From the NCBI GenBank assembly GCA_043228905.1, contig JBHGNT010000026.1, positions 62,001 to 126,000 on the forward strand: a stretch of DNA of 64,000 nucleotides, read 5' to 3'. The notes under the pieces were generated by a model, which was not told where the DNA came from, searched no databases, and saw nothing but the letters and a program-made list of their open reading frames with translations. Shown piece by piece: positions 8,873 through 24,017 of this stretch (position 1 is the first letter of the stretch; every line of letters starts with the position of its first letter). Source of the DNA: Azolla caroliniana. Taxonomy: Eukaryota; Plantae; Polypodiophyta. The translations under genes were made by a program, and so were the position numbers.

Positions 8873-11800
8873 AGAGACATGACGAAATTAGCAAAGTTGA
8901 GGAGTGAGTTGAGAGGAGCCCTTCAGTAAATTAAAATGTTCATACCTAGCGAGTGTGATATCGGATTTTTGTGTACAAATATGCGAATCGAAGCTAACAA
9001 CGCTAGCTATGATATGGAATTAAAAAATCAAGATTTTGAAACTCAGGTCGAGAGACATGACGAAATTAGCAAATTTGAGGAGTGAGTTGAGAGGAGCCCT
9101 TGAGTAAATTACAATGTTCATTCCTGGCGAGTGTGATATCGGATTTTTGTGTACAAATATGCGAATCGAAGCTAACAACGCTAGCTATGATATGGAATTA
9201 AAAAGTCAAGATTTTGAAACTCAGGTCGAGAGACATGACGAAATTAGCAAATTTGAGGAGTGAGTTGAGAGGAGCCCTTGAGTAAATTAAAATGTTCATA
9301 CCTAGCGAGTGTGATATTGTATTTTTGTGTACAAACATGCGAATCGAAGCTAACAATGCTAGCTATGATATGGAATTAAAAAATCAAGATATTGAAACTC
9401 AAGTCGAGAGACATGACAAAATTACCAAATTTGAGGAGTGAGTTGAGAGGAGCCCTTGAGTAAATTAAAATGTTCATACATAGCGAGTGTGATATCGGAT
9501 TTTTGTGTACAAACATGCGAATCGAAGCTAACAACGCTAGCTATGACATGGAATTAAAAAATCAAGATTATGAAACTCAGGTCGAGAGACATGACGAAAT
9601 TACCAAATTTGAGGAGGGAGTTAAGAAGAGCTATTAGGTAAATAAAAATGTTCATACCTAGCTCGTGTGATATCGGATTTTTGTGTACAAACATGCGAAT
9701 CGAAGCTAACAACGCTAGCTATGACATGGAATTAAAAAATCAAGATTATGAAACTCAGGTCGAGAGACATGACGAAATTACCAAATTTGAGGAGGGAGTT
9801 AAGAAGAGCTATTAGGTAAATTAAAATGTTCATACCTGGCTCGTGTGATATCGGATTTTTGTGTTCAAACATGCGAATCGAAGCTAACAACGCTAGCTAT
9901 GATATAGAATTAAAAAATCAAGATTTTGACACTCAGGTCGAGAGACATGACGAAATTACCAAATTTGAGGAGTGAGTTGAGAGGAGCCCTTGAGTAAATT
10001 AAAATGTTCATACATAGCGAGTGTGATATCGGATTTTTGTGTACAAACATGCGAATCGAAGCTAACAACGCTAGCTATGATATGGAATTAAAAAATCAAG
10101 ATTTTGAAACTAAGGTCGAGAGACATGACGAAATTACCAAATTTGAGGAGGGAGTTGAGAGGGGCCCTTGAGTAAATTAAAATGTTCATACCTAGCGAGT
10201 GTGATATCGGAATTTTGTGTTCAAACATGCGAATCAAACCTAACAACGCTAGCTATGATCTAGAATTAAAAAAGCAAGATTTTGAAACTCAGGTCGAGAG
10301 TCATGACGGAATTAGCAAATTTGAGGAGTGAGTTGAGAGGAGCCCTTGAGTAAATTAAAATGGTCATACCTAGCGAGTGTGATATCGGATTTTTGTGTAC
10401 AAACATGCGAATCGAAGCTAACAACGCTAGCTATCATATGGAATTGAAAAATCAAGATTTTGAAACTCAGGTCGAGAGACATGACGAAATTAGCAAATTT
10501 GAGGAGTGAGTTGAGAGAAGCCCTTGAGTAAATTAAAATGTTCATACCTAGCGAGTGTGATATCGGAATTTTGTGTACAAATATGCGAATCGAAGCTAAC
10601 AACGCTAGCTATGATATGGAATTAAAAAATCAAGATTTTGAAACTCAGGTCGAGAGACATGACGAAATTAGCAAATTTGAGGAGTGAGTTGAGAGGAGCC
10701 CTTGAGTAAATTACAATGTTCATTCCTGGCGAGTGTGATATCGGATTTTTGTGTACAAACATGCGAATCGAAGCTAACAACGCTAGCTATCATATGGAAT
10801 TGAGAAATCAAGATTTTGAAACTCAGCTCGAGAGACATGACGAAATTAGCAAATTTGAGGAGTGAGTTGAGAGAAGCCCTTGAGTAAATTAAAATGTTCA
10901 TACCTAGCGAGTGTGATATCGGAATTTTGTGTACAAACATGCGAATCGAAGCTAACAACGCTAGCTATGATATGGAATTGAAAAATCAAGATTTTGAAAC
11001 TCAGGTCGAGAGACATGACGAAATTAGCAAATTTGAGGAGTGAGTTGAGAGGAGCCCTTGAGTAAATTAAAATGTTCATACATAGCGAGTGTGATATCGG
11101 ATTTTTGTGTACAAACATGCGAATCGAAGCTAACAACGCTAGCTATGACATGGAATTAAAAAATCAAGATTATGAAACTCAGGTCGAGAGACATGACGAA
11201 ATTACCAAATTTGAGGAGGGAGTTAAGAAGAGCTATTAGGTAAATAAAAATGTTCATACCTAGCTCGTGTGATATCGGATTTTTGTGTACAAACATGCGA
11301 ATCGAAGCTAACAACGCTAGCTATGACATGGAATTAAAAAATCAAGATTATGAAACTCAGGTCGAGAGACATGACGAAATTACCAAATTTGAGGAGGGAG
11401 TTAAGAAGAGCTATTAGGTAAATTAAAATGTTCATACCTGGCTCGTGTGATATCGGATTTTTGTGTTCAAACATGCGAATCGAAGCTAACAACGCTAGCT
11501 ATGATATAGAATTAAAAAATCAAGATTTTGACACTCAGGTCGAGAGACATGACGAAATTACCAAATTTGAGGAGTGAGTTGAGAGGAGCCCTTGAGTAAA
11601 TAAAAATGTTCATACCTAACTCGTGTGATATCGGATTTTTGTGTACAAACATGCGAATCGAAGCTAACAACGCTAGCTATGACATGGAATTAAAAAATCA
11701 AGATTATGAAACTCAGGTCGAGAGACATGACGAAATTACCAAATTTGAGGAGGGAGTTAAGAAGAGCTATTAGGTAAATTAAAATGTTCATACCTGGCTC

Positions 11801-13799
11801 GTGTGATATCGGATTTTTGTGTTCAAACATGCGAATCGAAGCTAACAACGCTAGCTATGATATGGAATTACAAAATCAAGATTTTGAAACTCCAGGCGAG
11901 AGACATGACGAAATTACCAAATTTGAGGAGGGAGTTAAGAAGAGCTATTAGGTAAATAAAAATGTTCATACCTAGCTCGTGTGATATCGGATTTTTGTGT
12001 ACAAACATGCGAATCGAAGCTAACAACGCTAGCTATGACATGGAATTAAAAAATCAAGATTATGAAACTCAGGTCGAGAGACATGACGAAATTACCAAAT
12101 TTGAGGAGGGAGTTAAGAAGAGCTATTAGGTAAATTAAAATGTTCATACCTGGCTCGTGTGATATCGGATTTTTGTGTTCAAACATGCGAATCGAAGCTA
12201 ACAACGCTAGCTATGATATAGAATTAAAAAATCAAGATTTTGACACTCAGGTCGAGAGACATGACGAAATTACCAAATTTGAGGAGTGAGTTGAGAGGAG
12301 CCCTTGAGTAAATTAAAATGTTCATACATAGCGAGTGTGATATCGGATTTTTGTGTACAAACATGCGAATCGAAGCTAACAACGCTAGCTATGATATGGA
12401 ATTAAAAAATCAAGATTTTGAAACTAAGGTCGAGAGACATGACGAAATTACCAAATTTGAGGAGGGAGTTGAGAGGGGCCCTTGAGTAAATTAAAATGTT
12501 CATACCTAGCGAGTGTGATATCGGAATTTTGTGTTCAAACATGCGAATCAAACCTAACAACGCTAGCTATGATCTAGAATTAAAAAAGCAAGATTTTGAA
12601 ACTCAGGTCGAGAGTCATGACGGAATTAGCAAATTTGAGGAGTGAGTTGAGAGGAGCCCTTGAGTAAATTAAAATGGTCATACCTAGCGAGTGTGATATC
12701 GGATTTTTGTGTACAAACATGCGAATCGAAGCTAACAACGCTAGCTATCATATGGAATTGAAAAATCAAGATTTTGAAACTCAGGTCGAGAGACATGACG
12801 AAATTAGCAAATTTGAGGAGTGAGTTGAGAGAAGCCCTTGAGTAAATTAAAATGTTCATACCTAGCGAGTGTGATATCGGAATTTTGTGTACAAACATGC
12901 GAATCGAAGCTAACAACGCTAGCTCTGATATGGAATTGAAAAATCAAGATTTTGAAACTCAGGTCGAGAGACATGACGAAATTAGCAAATTTGAGGAGTG
13001 AGTTGAGAGAAGCCCTTGAGTAAATTAAAATGTTCATACCTAGCGAGTGTGATATCGGAATTTTGTGTACAAACATGCGAATCGAAGCTAACAACGCTAG
13101 CTATGATCTAGAATTAAAAAAGCAAGATTTTGAAACTCAGGTCGAGAGACATGACGAAATTAGCAAATTTGAGGAGTGAGTTGAGAGGAGCCCTTGAGTA
13201 AATAAAAATGTTCATACCTAGCTCGTGTGATATCGGATTTTTGTGTACAAACATGCGAATCGAAGCTAACAACGCTAGCTATGACATGGAATTAAAAAAT
13301 CAAGATTTTGAAACTAAGGTCGAGAGACATGACGAAATTACCAAATTTGAGGAGGGAGTTGAGAGGAGCCCTTGAGTAAATAAAAATGTTCATACAACGC
13401 TCGTGTGATATCGGAATTTTGTGTTCAAACATGCGAATCAAACCTAACAACGCTAGCTATGATCTAGAATTAAAAAAGCAAGATTTTGAAACTCAGGTCG
13501 AGAGTCATGACGGAATTAGCAAATTTGAGGAGTGAGTTGAGAGGAGCCCTTGAGTAAATTAAAATGGTCATACCTAGCGAGTGTGATATCGGATTTTTGT
13601 GTACAAACATGCGAATCGAAGCTAACAACGCTAGCTATCATATGGAATTGAAAAATCAAGATTTTGAAACTCAGGTCGAGAGACATGACGAATTTAGCAA
13701 ATTTGAGGAGTGAGTTGAGAGGAGCCCTTGAGTAAATAAAAATGTTCATACCTAGCTCGTGTGATATCGGATTTTTGTGTACAAACATGCGAATCGAAG

Positions 13800-16700
13800 C
13801 TAACAACGCTAGCTATGACATGGAATTAAAAAATCAAGATTATGAAACTCAGGTCGAGAGACATGACGAAATTACCAAATTTGAGGAGGGAGTTAAGAAG
13901 AGCTATTAGGTAAATTAAAATGTTCATACCTGGCTCGTGTGATATCGGATTTTTGTGTTCAAACATGCGAATCGAAGCTAACAACGCTAGCTATGATATA
14001 GAATTAAAAAATCAAGATTTTGACACTCAGGTCGAGAGACATGACGAAATTACCAAATTTGAGGAGTGAGTTGAGAGGAGCCCTTGAGTATATTAAAATG
14101 GTCATACATAGCGAGTGTGATATCGGATTTTTGTGTACAAACATGCGAATCGAAGCTAACAACGCTAGCTATGATATAGAATTAAAAAATCAAGATTTTG
14201 ACACTCAGGTCGAGAGACATGACGAAATTACCAAATTTGAGGAGTGAGTTGAGAGGAGCCCTTGAGTAAATTAAAATGTTCATACATAGCGAGTGTGATA
14301 TCGGATTTTTGTGTACAAACATGCGAATCGAAGCTAACAACGCTAGCTATGATATGGAATTAAAAAATCAAGATTTTGAAACTAAGGTCGAGAGACATGA
14401 CGAAATTACCAAATTTGAGGAGGGAGTTGAGAGGAGCCCTTGAGTATATTAAAATGGTCATACCTAGCGAGTGTGATATCGGATTTTTGTGTTCAAACAT
14501 GCGAATCGAAGCCAACAACGCTAGCTATGATATGGAATTAAAAAATCAAGATTTTGAAACTCAGGTCGAGAGACATGACGAAATTAGCAAATTTGAGGAG
14601 TGAGTTGAGAGAAGCCCTTGAGTAAATTAAAATGGTCATACCTAGCGAGTGTGATATCGGATTTTTGTGTTCAAACATGCGAATCGAAGCTAACAACGCT
14701 AGCTATGATATGGAATTAAAAAATCAAGATTTTGAAACTAAGATCGAGAGACATGACGAAATTACCAAATTTGAGGAGTGAGTTGAGAGGAGCCCTTGAG
14801 TAAATTAAAATGTTCATACCTAGCGAGTGTGATATCGGATTTTTGTTTACAAACATGCGAATCGAAGCTAACAACGCTAGCTATGATCTAGAATTAAAAA
14901 AGCAAGATTTTGAAACTCAGGTCGAGAGTCATGACGGAATTAGCAAATTTGAGGAGTGAGTTGAGAGGAGCCCTTGAGTAAATTAAAATGGTCATACCTA
15001 GCGAGTGTGATATCGGATTTTTGTGTACAAACATGCGAATCGAAGCTAACAACGCTAGCTATCATATGGAATTGAGAAATCAAGATTTTGAAACTCAAGT
15101 CGAGAGACATGACGAAATTAGCAAATTTGAGGAGTGAGTTGAGAGAAGCCCTTGAGTAAATTAAAATGTTCATACCTAGCGAGTGTGATATCGGAATTTT
15201 GTGTACAAACATGCGAATCGAAGCTAACAACGCTAGCTATGATATGGAATTGAAAAATCAAGATTTTGAAACTCAGGTCGAGAGACATGACGAATTTAGC
15301 AAATTTGAGGAGTGAGTTGAGAGGAGCCCTTGAGTAAATAAAAATGTTCATACCTAGCTCGTGTGATATCGGATTTTTGTGTACAAACATGCGAATCGAA
15401 GCTAACAACGCTAGCTATGATATGGAATTAAAAAATCAAGATTATGAAACTCAGGTCGAGAGACATGACGAAATTACCAAATTTGAGGAGGGAGTTAAGA
15501 AGAGCTATTAGGTAAATTAAAATGTTCATACCTGGCTCGTGTGATATCGGATTTTTGTGTTCAAACATGCGAATCGAAGCTAACAACGCTAGCTATGATA
15601 TAGAATTAAAAAATCAAGATTTTGACACTCAGGTCGAGAGACATGACGAAATTACCAAATTTGAGGAGTGAGTTGAGAGGAGCCCTTGAGTATATTAAAA
15701 TGGTCATACATAGCGAGTGTGATATCGGATTTTTGTGTACAAACATGCGAATCGAAGCTAACAACGCTAGCTATGATATAGAATTAAAAAATCAAGATTT
15801 TGACACTCAGGTCGAGAGACATGACGAAATTACCAAATTTGAGGAGTGAGTTGAGAGGAGCCCTTGAGTAAATTAAAATGTTCATACATAGCGAGTGTGA
15901 TATCGGATTTTTGTGTACAAACATGCGAATCGAAGCTAACAACGCTAGCTATGATATGGAATTAAAAAATCAAGATTTTGAAACTAAGGTCGAGAGACAT
16001 GACGAAATTACCAAATTTGAGGAGGGAGTTGAGAGGAGCCCTTGAGTATATTAAAATGGTCATACCTAGCGAGTGTGATATCGGAATTTTGTGTTCAAAC
16101 ATGCGAATCAAACCTAACAACGCTAGCTATGATATGGACTTAAAAAATCAAGATTTTGAAACTCAGGTCGAGAGACATGACGAAATTACCAACTTTGAGG
16201 AGTGAGTTGAGATGAGCCCTTGAGTATATTAAAATGGTCATACCTAGCGAGTGTGATATCGGATTTTTGTGTTCAAACATGCGAATCGAAGCCAACAACG
16301 CTAGCTATGATATGGAATTAAAAAATCAAGATTTTGAAACTCAGGTCGAGAGACATGACGAAATTAGCAAATTTGAGGAGTGAGTTGAGAGGAGCCCTTG
16401 AGTAAATTAAAATGGTCATACCTAGCGAGTGTGATATCGGATTTTTGTGTTCAAACATGCGAATCGAAGCTAACAACGCTAGCTATGATATAGAATTAAA
16501 AAATCAAGATTTTGACACTCAGGTCGAGAGACATGACGAAATTAGCAAATTTGAGGAGTGAGTTGAGAGGAGCCCTTGAGTAAATTAAAATGTTCATACA
16601 TAGCGAGTGTGATATCGGATTTTTGTGTACAAACATGCGAATCGAAGCTAACAACGCTAGCTATGATATGGAATTAAAAAATCAAGATTTTGAAACTAAG

Positions 16701-19700
16701 GTCGAGAGACATGACGAAATTACCAAATTTGAGGAGGGAGTTGAGAGGGGCCCTTGAGTAAATTAAAATGTTCATACCTAGCGAGTGTGATATCGGAATT
16801 TTGTGTTCAAACATGCGAATCAAACCTAACAACGCTAGCTATGATCTAGAATTAAAAAAGCAAGATTTTGAAACTCAGGTCGAGAGTCATGACGGAATTA
16901 GCAAATTTGAGGAGTGAGTTGAGAGGAGCCCTTGAGTAAATTAAAATGGTCATACCTAGCGAGTGTGATATCGGATTTTTGTGTACAAACATGCGAATCG
17001 AAGCTAACAACGCTAGCTATCATATGGAATTGAAAAATCAAGATTTTGAAACTCAGGTCGAGAGACATGACGAAATTAGCAAATTTGAGGAGTGAGTTGA
17101 GAGAAGCCCTTGAGTAAATTAAAATGTTCATACCTAGCGAGTGTGATATCGGAATTTTGTGTACAAACATGCGAATCGAAGCTAACAACGCTAGCTCTGA
17201 TATGGAATTGAAAAATCAAGATTTTGAAACTCAGGTCGAGAGACATGACGAAATTAGCAAATTTGAGGAGTGAGTTGAGAGGAGCCCTTGAGTAAATAAA
17301 AATGTTCATACCTAGCTCGTGTGATATCGGATTTTTGTGTACAAACATGCGAATCGAAGCTAACAACGCTAGCTATGACATGGAATTAAAAAATCAAGAT
17401 TTTGAAACTCAGGTCGAGAGACATGACGAAATTACCAAATTTGAGGAGTGAGTTGAGAGGAGCCCTTGAGTAAATTAAAATGGTCATACCTAGCGAGTGT
17501 GATATCGGATTTTTGTGTACAAACATGCGAATCGAAGCTAACAACGCTAGCTATGACATGGAATTAAAAAATCAAGATTATGAAACTCAGGTCGAGAGAC
17601 ATGACGAAATTACCAAATTTGAGGAGGGAGTTAAGAAGAGCTATTAGGTAAATAAAAATGTTCATACCTAGCTCGTGTGATATCGGATTTTTGTGTACAA
17701 ACATGCGAATCGAAGCTAACAACGCTAGCTATGACATGGAATTAAAAAATCAAGATTATGAAACTCAGGTCGAGAGACATGACGAAATTACCAAATTTGA
17801 GGAGGGAGTTAAGAAGAGCTATTAGGTAAATTAAAATGTTCATACCTGGCTCGTGTGATATCGGATTTTTGTGTTCAAACATGCGAATCGAAGCTAACAA
17901 CGCTAGCTATGATATAGAATTAAAAAATCAAGATTTTGACACTCAGGTCGAGAGACATGACGAAATTACCAAATTTGAGGAGTGAGTTGAGAGGAGCCCT
18001 TGAGTAAATTAAAATGTTCATACATAGCGAGTGTGATATCGGATTTTTGTGTACAAACATGCGAATCGAAGCTAACAACGCTAGCTATGATATGGAATTA
18101 AAAAATCAAGATTTTGAAACTAAGGTCGAGAGACATGAAGAAATTACCAAATTTGAGGAGGGAGTTGAGAGGGGCCCTTGAGTAAATTAAAATGTTCATA
18201 CCTAGCGAGTGTGATATCGGAATTTTGTGTTCAAACATGCGAATCAAACCTAACAACGCTAGCTATGATCTAGAATTAAAAAAGCAAGATTTTGAAACTC
18301 AGGTCGAGAGTCATGACGGAATTAGCAAATTTGAGGAGTGAGTTGAGAGGAGCCCTTGAGTAAATTAAAATGGTCATACCTAGCGAGTGTGATATCGGAT
18401 TTTTGTGTACAAACATGCGAATCGAAGCTAACAACGCTAGCTATCATATGGAATTGAAAAATCAAGATTTTGAAACTCAGGTCGAGAGACATGACGAAAT
18501 TAGCAAATTTGAGGAGTGAGTTGAGAGAAGCCCTTGAGTAAATTAAAATGTTCATACCTAGCGAGTGTGATATCGGAATTTTGTGTACAAACATGCGAAT
18601 CGAAGCTAACAACGCTAGCTCTGATATGGAATTGAAAAATCAAGATTTTGAAACTCAGGTCGAGAGACATGACGAAATTAGCAAATTTGAGGAGTGAGTT
18701 GAGAGGAGCCCTTGAGTAAATAAAAATGTTCATACCTAGCTCGTGTGATATCGGATTTTTGTGTACAAACATGCGAATCGAAGCTAACAACGCTAGCTAT
18801 GACATGGAATTAAAAAATCAAGATTATGAAACTCAGGTCGAGAGACATGACGAAATTACCAAATTTGAGGAGGGAGTTAAGAAGAGCTATTAGGTAAATT
18901 AAAATGTTCATACCTGGCTCGTGTGATATCGGATTTTTGTGTTCAAACATGCGAATCGAAGCTAACAACGCTAGCTATGATATGGAATTACAAAATCAAG
19001 ATTTTGAAACTCCAGGCGAGAGACATGACGAAATTACCAAATTTGAGGAGGGAGTTAAGAAGAGCTATTAGGTAAATAAAAATGTTCATACCTAGCTCGT
19101 GTGATATCGGATTTTTGTGTACAAACATGCGAATCGAAGCTAACAACGCTAGCTATGACATGGAATTAAAAAATCAAGATTATGAAACTCAGGTCGAGAG
19201 ACATGACGAAATTACCAAATTTGAGGAGGGAGTTAAGAAGAGCTATTAGGTAAATTAAAATGTTCATACCTGGCTCGTGTGATATCGGATTTTTGTGTTC
19301 AAACATGCGAATCGAAGCTAACAACGCTAGCTATGATATAGAATTAAAAAATCAAGATTTTGACACTCAGGTCGAGAGACATGACGAAATTACCAAATTT
19401 GAGGAGTGAGTTGAGAGGAGCCCTTGAGTATATTAAAATGGTCATACATAGCGAGTGTGATATCGGATTTTTGTGTACAAACATGCGAATCGAAGCTAAC
19501 AACGCTAGCTATGATATAGAATTAAAAAATCAAGATTTTGACACTCAGGTCGAGAGACATGACGAAATTACCAAATTTGAGGAGTGAGTTGAGAGGAGCC
19601 CTTGAGTAAATTAAAATGTTCATACATAGCGAGTGTGATATCGGATTTTTGTGTACAAACATGCGAATCGAAGCTAACAACGCTAGCTATGATATGGAAT

Positions 19701-22150
19701 TAAAAAATCAAGATTTTGAAACTAAGGTCGAGAGACATGACGAAATTACCAAATTTGAGGAGGGAGTTGAGAGGAGCCCTTGAGTATATTAAAATGGTCA
19801 TACCTAGCGAGTGTGATATCGGATTTTTGTGTTCAAACATGCGAATCGAAGCCAACAACGCTAGCTATGATATGGAATTAAAAAATCAAGATTTTGAAAC
19901 TCAGGTCGAGAGACATGACGAAATTAGCAAATTTGAGGAGTGAGTTAAGAGAAGCCCTTGAGTAAATTAAAATGGTCATACCTAGCGAGTGTGATATCGG
20001 ATTTTTGTGTTCAAACATGCGAATCGAAGCTAACAACGCTAGCTATGATATGGAATTAAAAAATCAAGATTTCGAAACTAAGATCGAGAGACATGACGAA
20101 ATTACCAAATTTGAGGAGTGAGTTGAGAGGAGCCCTTGAGTAAATTAAAATGTTCATACCTAGCGAGTGTGATATCGGATTTTTGTTTACAAACATGCGA
20201 ATCGAAGCTAACAACGCTAGCTATGATCTAGAATTAAAAAAGCAAGATTTTGAAACTCAGGTCGAGAGTCATGACGGAATTAGCAAATTTGAGGAGTGAG
20301 TTGAGAGGAGCCCTTGAGTAAATTAAAATGGTCATACCTAGCGAGTGTGATATCGGATTTTTGTGTACAAACATGCGAATCGAAGCTAACAACGCTAGCT
20401 ATGATATGGAATTAAAAAATCAAGATTTTGAAACTCAGGTCGAGAGACATGACGAAATTAGCAAATTTGAGGAGTGAGTTGAGAGGAGCCCTTGAGTAAA
20501 TAAAAATGTTCATACCTAGCTCGTGTGATATCGGATTTTTGTGTACAAACATGCGAATCGAAGCTAACAACGCTAGCTATGACATGGAATTAAAAAATCA
20601 AGATTATGAAACTCAGGTCGAGAGACATGACGAAATTACCAAATTTGAGGAGGGAGTTAAGAAGAGCTATTAGGTAAATTAAAATGTTCATACCTGGCTC
20701 GTGTGATATCGGATTTTTGTGTTCAAACATGCGAATCGAAGCTAACAACGCTAGCTATGATATAGAATTAAAAAATCAAGATTTTGAAACTCAGGTCGAG
20801 AGACATGACGAAATTAGCAAATTTGAGGAGTGAGTTGAGAGAAGCCCTTGAGTAAATTAAAATGTTCATACCTAGCGAGTGTGATATCGGAATTTTGTGT
20901 ACAAACATGCGAATCGAAGCTAACAACGCTAGCTATGATATGGAATTGAAAAATCAAGATTTTGAAACTCAGGTCGAGAGACATGACGAATTTAGCAAAT
21001 TTGAGGAGTGAGTTGAGAGGAGCCCTTGAGTAAATAAAAATGTTCATACCTAGCTCGTGTGATATCGGATTTTTGTGTACAAACATGCGAATCGAAGCTA
21101 ACAACGCTAGCTATGATATGGAATTAAAAAATCAAGATTATGAAACTCAGGTCGAGAGACATGACGAAATTACCAAATTTGAGGAGGGAGTTAAGAAGAG
21201 CTATTAGGTAAATTAAAATGTTCATACCTGGCTCGTGTGATATCGGATTTTTGTGTTCAAACATGCGAATCGAAGCTAACAACGCTAGCTATGATATAGA
21301 ATTAAAAAATCAAGATTTTGACACTCAGGTCGAGAGACATGACGAAATTACCAAATTTGAGGAGTGAGTTGAGAGGAGCCCTTGAGTATATTAAAATGGT
21401 CATACATAGCGAGTGTGATATCGGATTTTTGTGTACAAACATGCGAATCGAAGCTAACAACGCTAGCTATGATATAGAATTAAAAAATCAAGATTTTGAC
21501 ACTCAGGTCGAGAGACATGACGAAATTACCAAATTTGAGGAGTGAGTTGAGAGGAGCCCTTGAGTAAATTAAAATGTTCATACATAGCGAGTGTGATATC
21601 GGATTTTTGTGTACAAACATGCGAATCGAAGCTAACAACGCTAGCTATGATATGGAATTAAAAAATCAAGATTTTGAAACTAAGGTCGAGAGACATGACG
21701 AAATTACCAAATTTGAGGAGGGAGTTGAGAGGAGCCCTTGAGTATATTAAAATGGTCATACCTAGCGAGTGTGATATCGGAATTTTGTGTTCAAACATGC
21801 GAATCAAACCTAACAACGCTAGCTATGATATGGACTTAAAAAATCAAGATTTTGAAACTCAGGTCGAGAGACATGACGAAATTACCAACTTTGAGGAGTG
21901 AGTTGAGATGAGCCCTTGAGTATATTAAAATGGTCATACCTAGCGAGTGTGATATCGGATTTTTGTGTTCAAACATGCGAATCGAAGCCAACAACGCTAG
22001 CTATGATATGGAATTAAAAAATCAAGATTTTGAAACTCAGGTCGAGAGACATGACGAAATTAGCAAATTTGAGGAGTGAGTTGAGAGGAGCCCTTGAGTA
22101 AATTAAAATGGTCATACCTAGCGAGTGTGATATCGGATTTTTGTGTACAA
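13800..22150. repeat. Spaced block duplication: about 13.8-16.4 kb repeated at about 19.1-22.1 kb (offset 30, then 32 monomers)
   Basis: The rare variant AGATCGAG occurs at 14741 and 20081 (offset 5340 = 30 x 178). Identical variant ORFs pair as 14020/19360 and 14376/19716 (5340), and 15118/20814, 15622/21318 and 15978/21674 (5696 = 32 x 178). Confidence 0.85.
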
Positions 22151-24017
22151 ACATGCGAATCGAAGATAACAACGCTAGCTATCATATGGAATTGAGAAAT
22201 CAAGATTTTGAAACTCAGGTCGAGAGACATGACGAAATTAGCAAATTTGAGGAGTGAGTTGAGAGAAGCCCTTGAGTAAATTAAAATGTTCATACCTAGC
22301 GAGTGTGATATCGGAATTTTGTGTACAAACATGCGAATCGAAGCTAACAACGCTAGCTATGATATGGAATTGAAAAATCAAGATTTTGAAACTCAGGTCG
22401 AGAGACATGACGAAATTAGCAAATTTGAGGAGTGAGTTAAGAGGAGCCCTTGAGTAAATAAAAATGTTCATACCTAGCTCGTGTGATATCGGATTTTTGT
22501 GTACAAACATGCGAATCGAAGCTAACAACGCTAGCTATGACATGGAATTAAAAAATCAAGATTATGAAACTCAGGTCGAGAGACATGACGAAATTACCAA
22601 ATTTGAGGAGGGAGTTAAGAAGAGCTATTAGGTAAATTAAAATGTTCATACCTGGCTCGTGTGATATCGGATTTTTGTGTTCAAACATGCGAATCGAAGC
22701 TAACAACGCTAGCTATGATATAGAATTAAAAAATCAAGATTTTGAAACTCAGGTCGAGAGACATGACGAAATTAGCAAATTTGAGGAGTGAGTTGAGAGA
22801 AGCCCTTGAGTAAATTAAAATGTTCATACCTAGCGAGTGTGATATCGGAATTTTGTGTACAAACATGCGAATCGAAGCTAACAACGCTAGCTATGATATG
22901 GAATTGAAAAATCAAGATTTTGAAACTCAGGTCGAGAGACATGACGAAATTAGCAAATTTGAGGAGTGAGTTGAGAGGAGCCCTTGAGTAAATAAAAATG
23001 TTCATACCTAGCTCGTGTGATATCGGATTTTTGTGTACAAACATGCGAATCGAAGCCAACAACGCTAGCTATGACATGGAATTAAAAAATCAAGATTATG
23101 AAACTCAGGTCGAGAGACATGACGAAATTACCAAATTTGAGGAGGGAGTTAAGAAGAGCTATTAGGAAAATTAAAATGTTCATACCTGGCTCGTGTGATA
23201 TCGGATTTTTGTGTTCAAACATGCGAATCGAAGCTAACAACGCTAGCTATGATATAGAATTAAAAAATCAAGATTTTGACACTCAGGTCGAGAGACATGA
23301 CGAAATTACCAAATTTGAGGAGTGAGTTGAGAGGAGCCCTTGAGTAAATTAAAATGTTCATACATAGCGAGTGTGATATCGGATTTTTGTGTACAAACAT
23401 GCGAATCGAAGCTAACAACGCTAGCTATGATATGGAATTAAAAAATCAAGATTTTGAAACTAAGGTCGAGAGACATGACAAAATTACCAAATTTGAGGAG
23501 GGAGTTGAGAGGGGCCCTTGAGTAAATTAAAATGTTCATACCTAGCGAGTGTGATATCAGAATTTTGTGTTCAAACATGCGAATCAAACCTAACAACGCT
23601 AGCTATGATCTAGAATTAAAAAAGCAAGATTTTGAAACTCAGGTCGAGAGTCATGACGGAATTAGCAAATTTGAGGAGTGAGTTGAGAGGAGCCCTTGAG
23701 TAAATTAAAATGGTCATACCTAGCGAGTGTGATATCGGAATTTTGTGTTCAAACATGCGAATCAAACCTAACAACGCTAGCTATGATATGGACTTAAAAA
23801 ATCAAGATTTTGAAACTCAGGTCGAGAGACATGACGAAATTACCAACTTTGAGGAGTGAGTTGAGATGAGCCCTTGAGTATATTAAAATGGTCATACCTA
23901 GCGAGTGTGATATCGGATTTTTGTGTTCAAACATGCGAATCGAAGCCAACAACGCTAGCTATGATATGGAATTAAAAAATCAAGATTTTGAAACTCAGGT
24001 CGAGAGACATGACGAAA

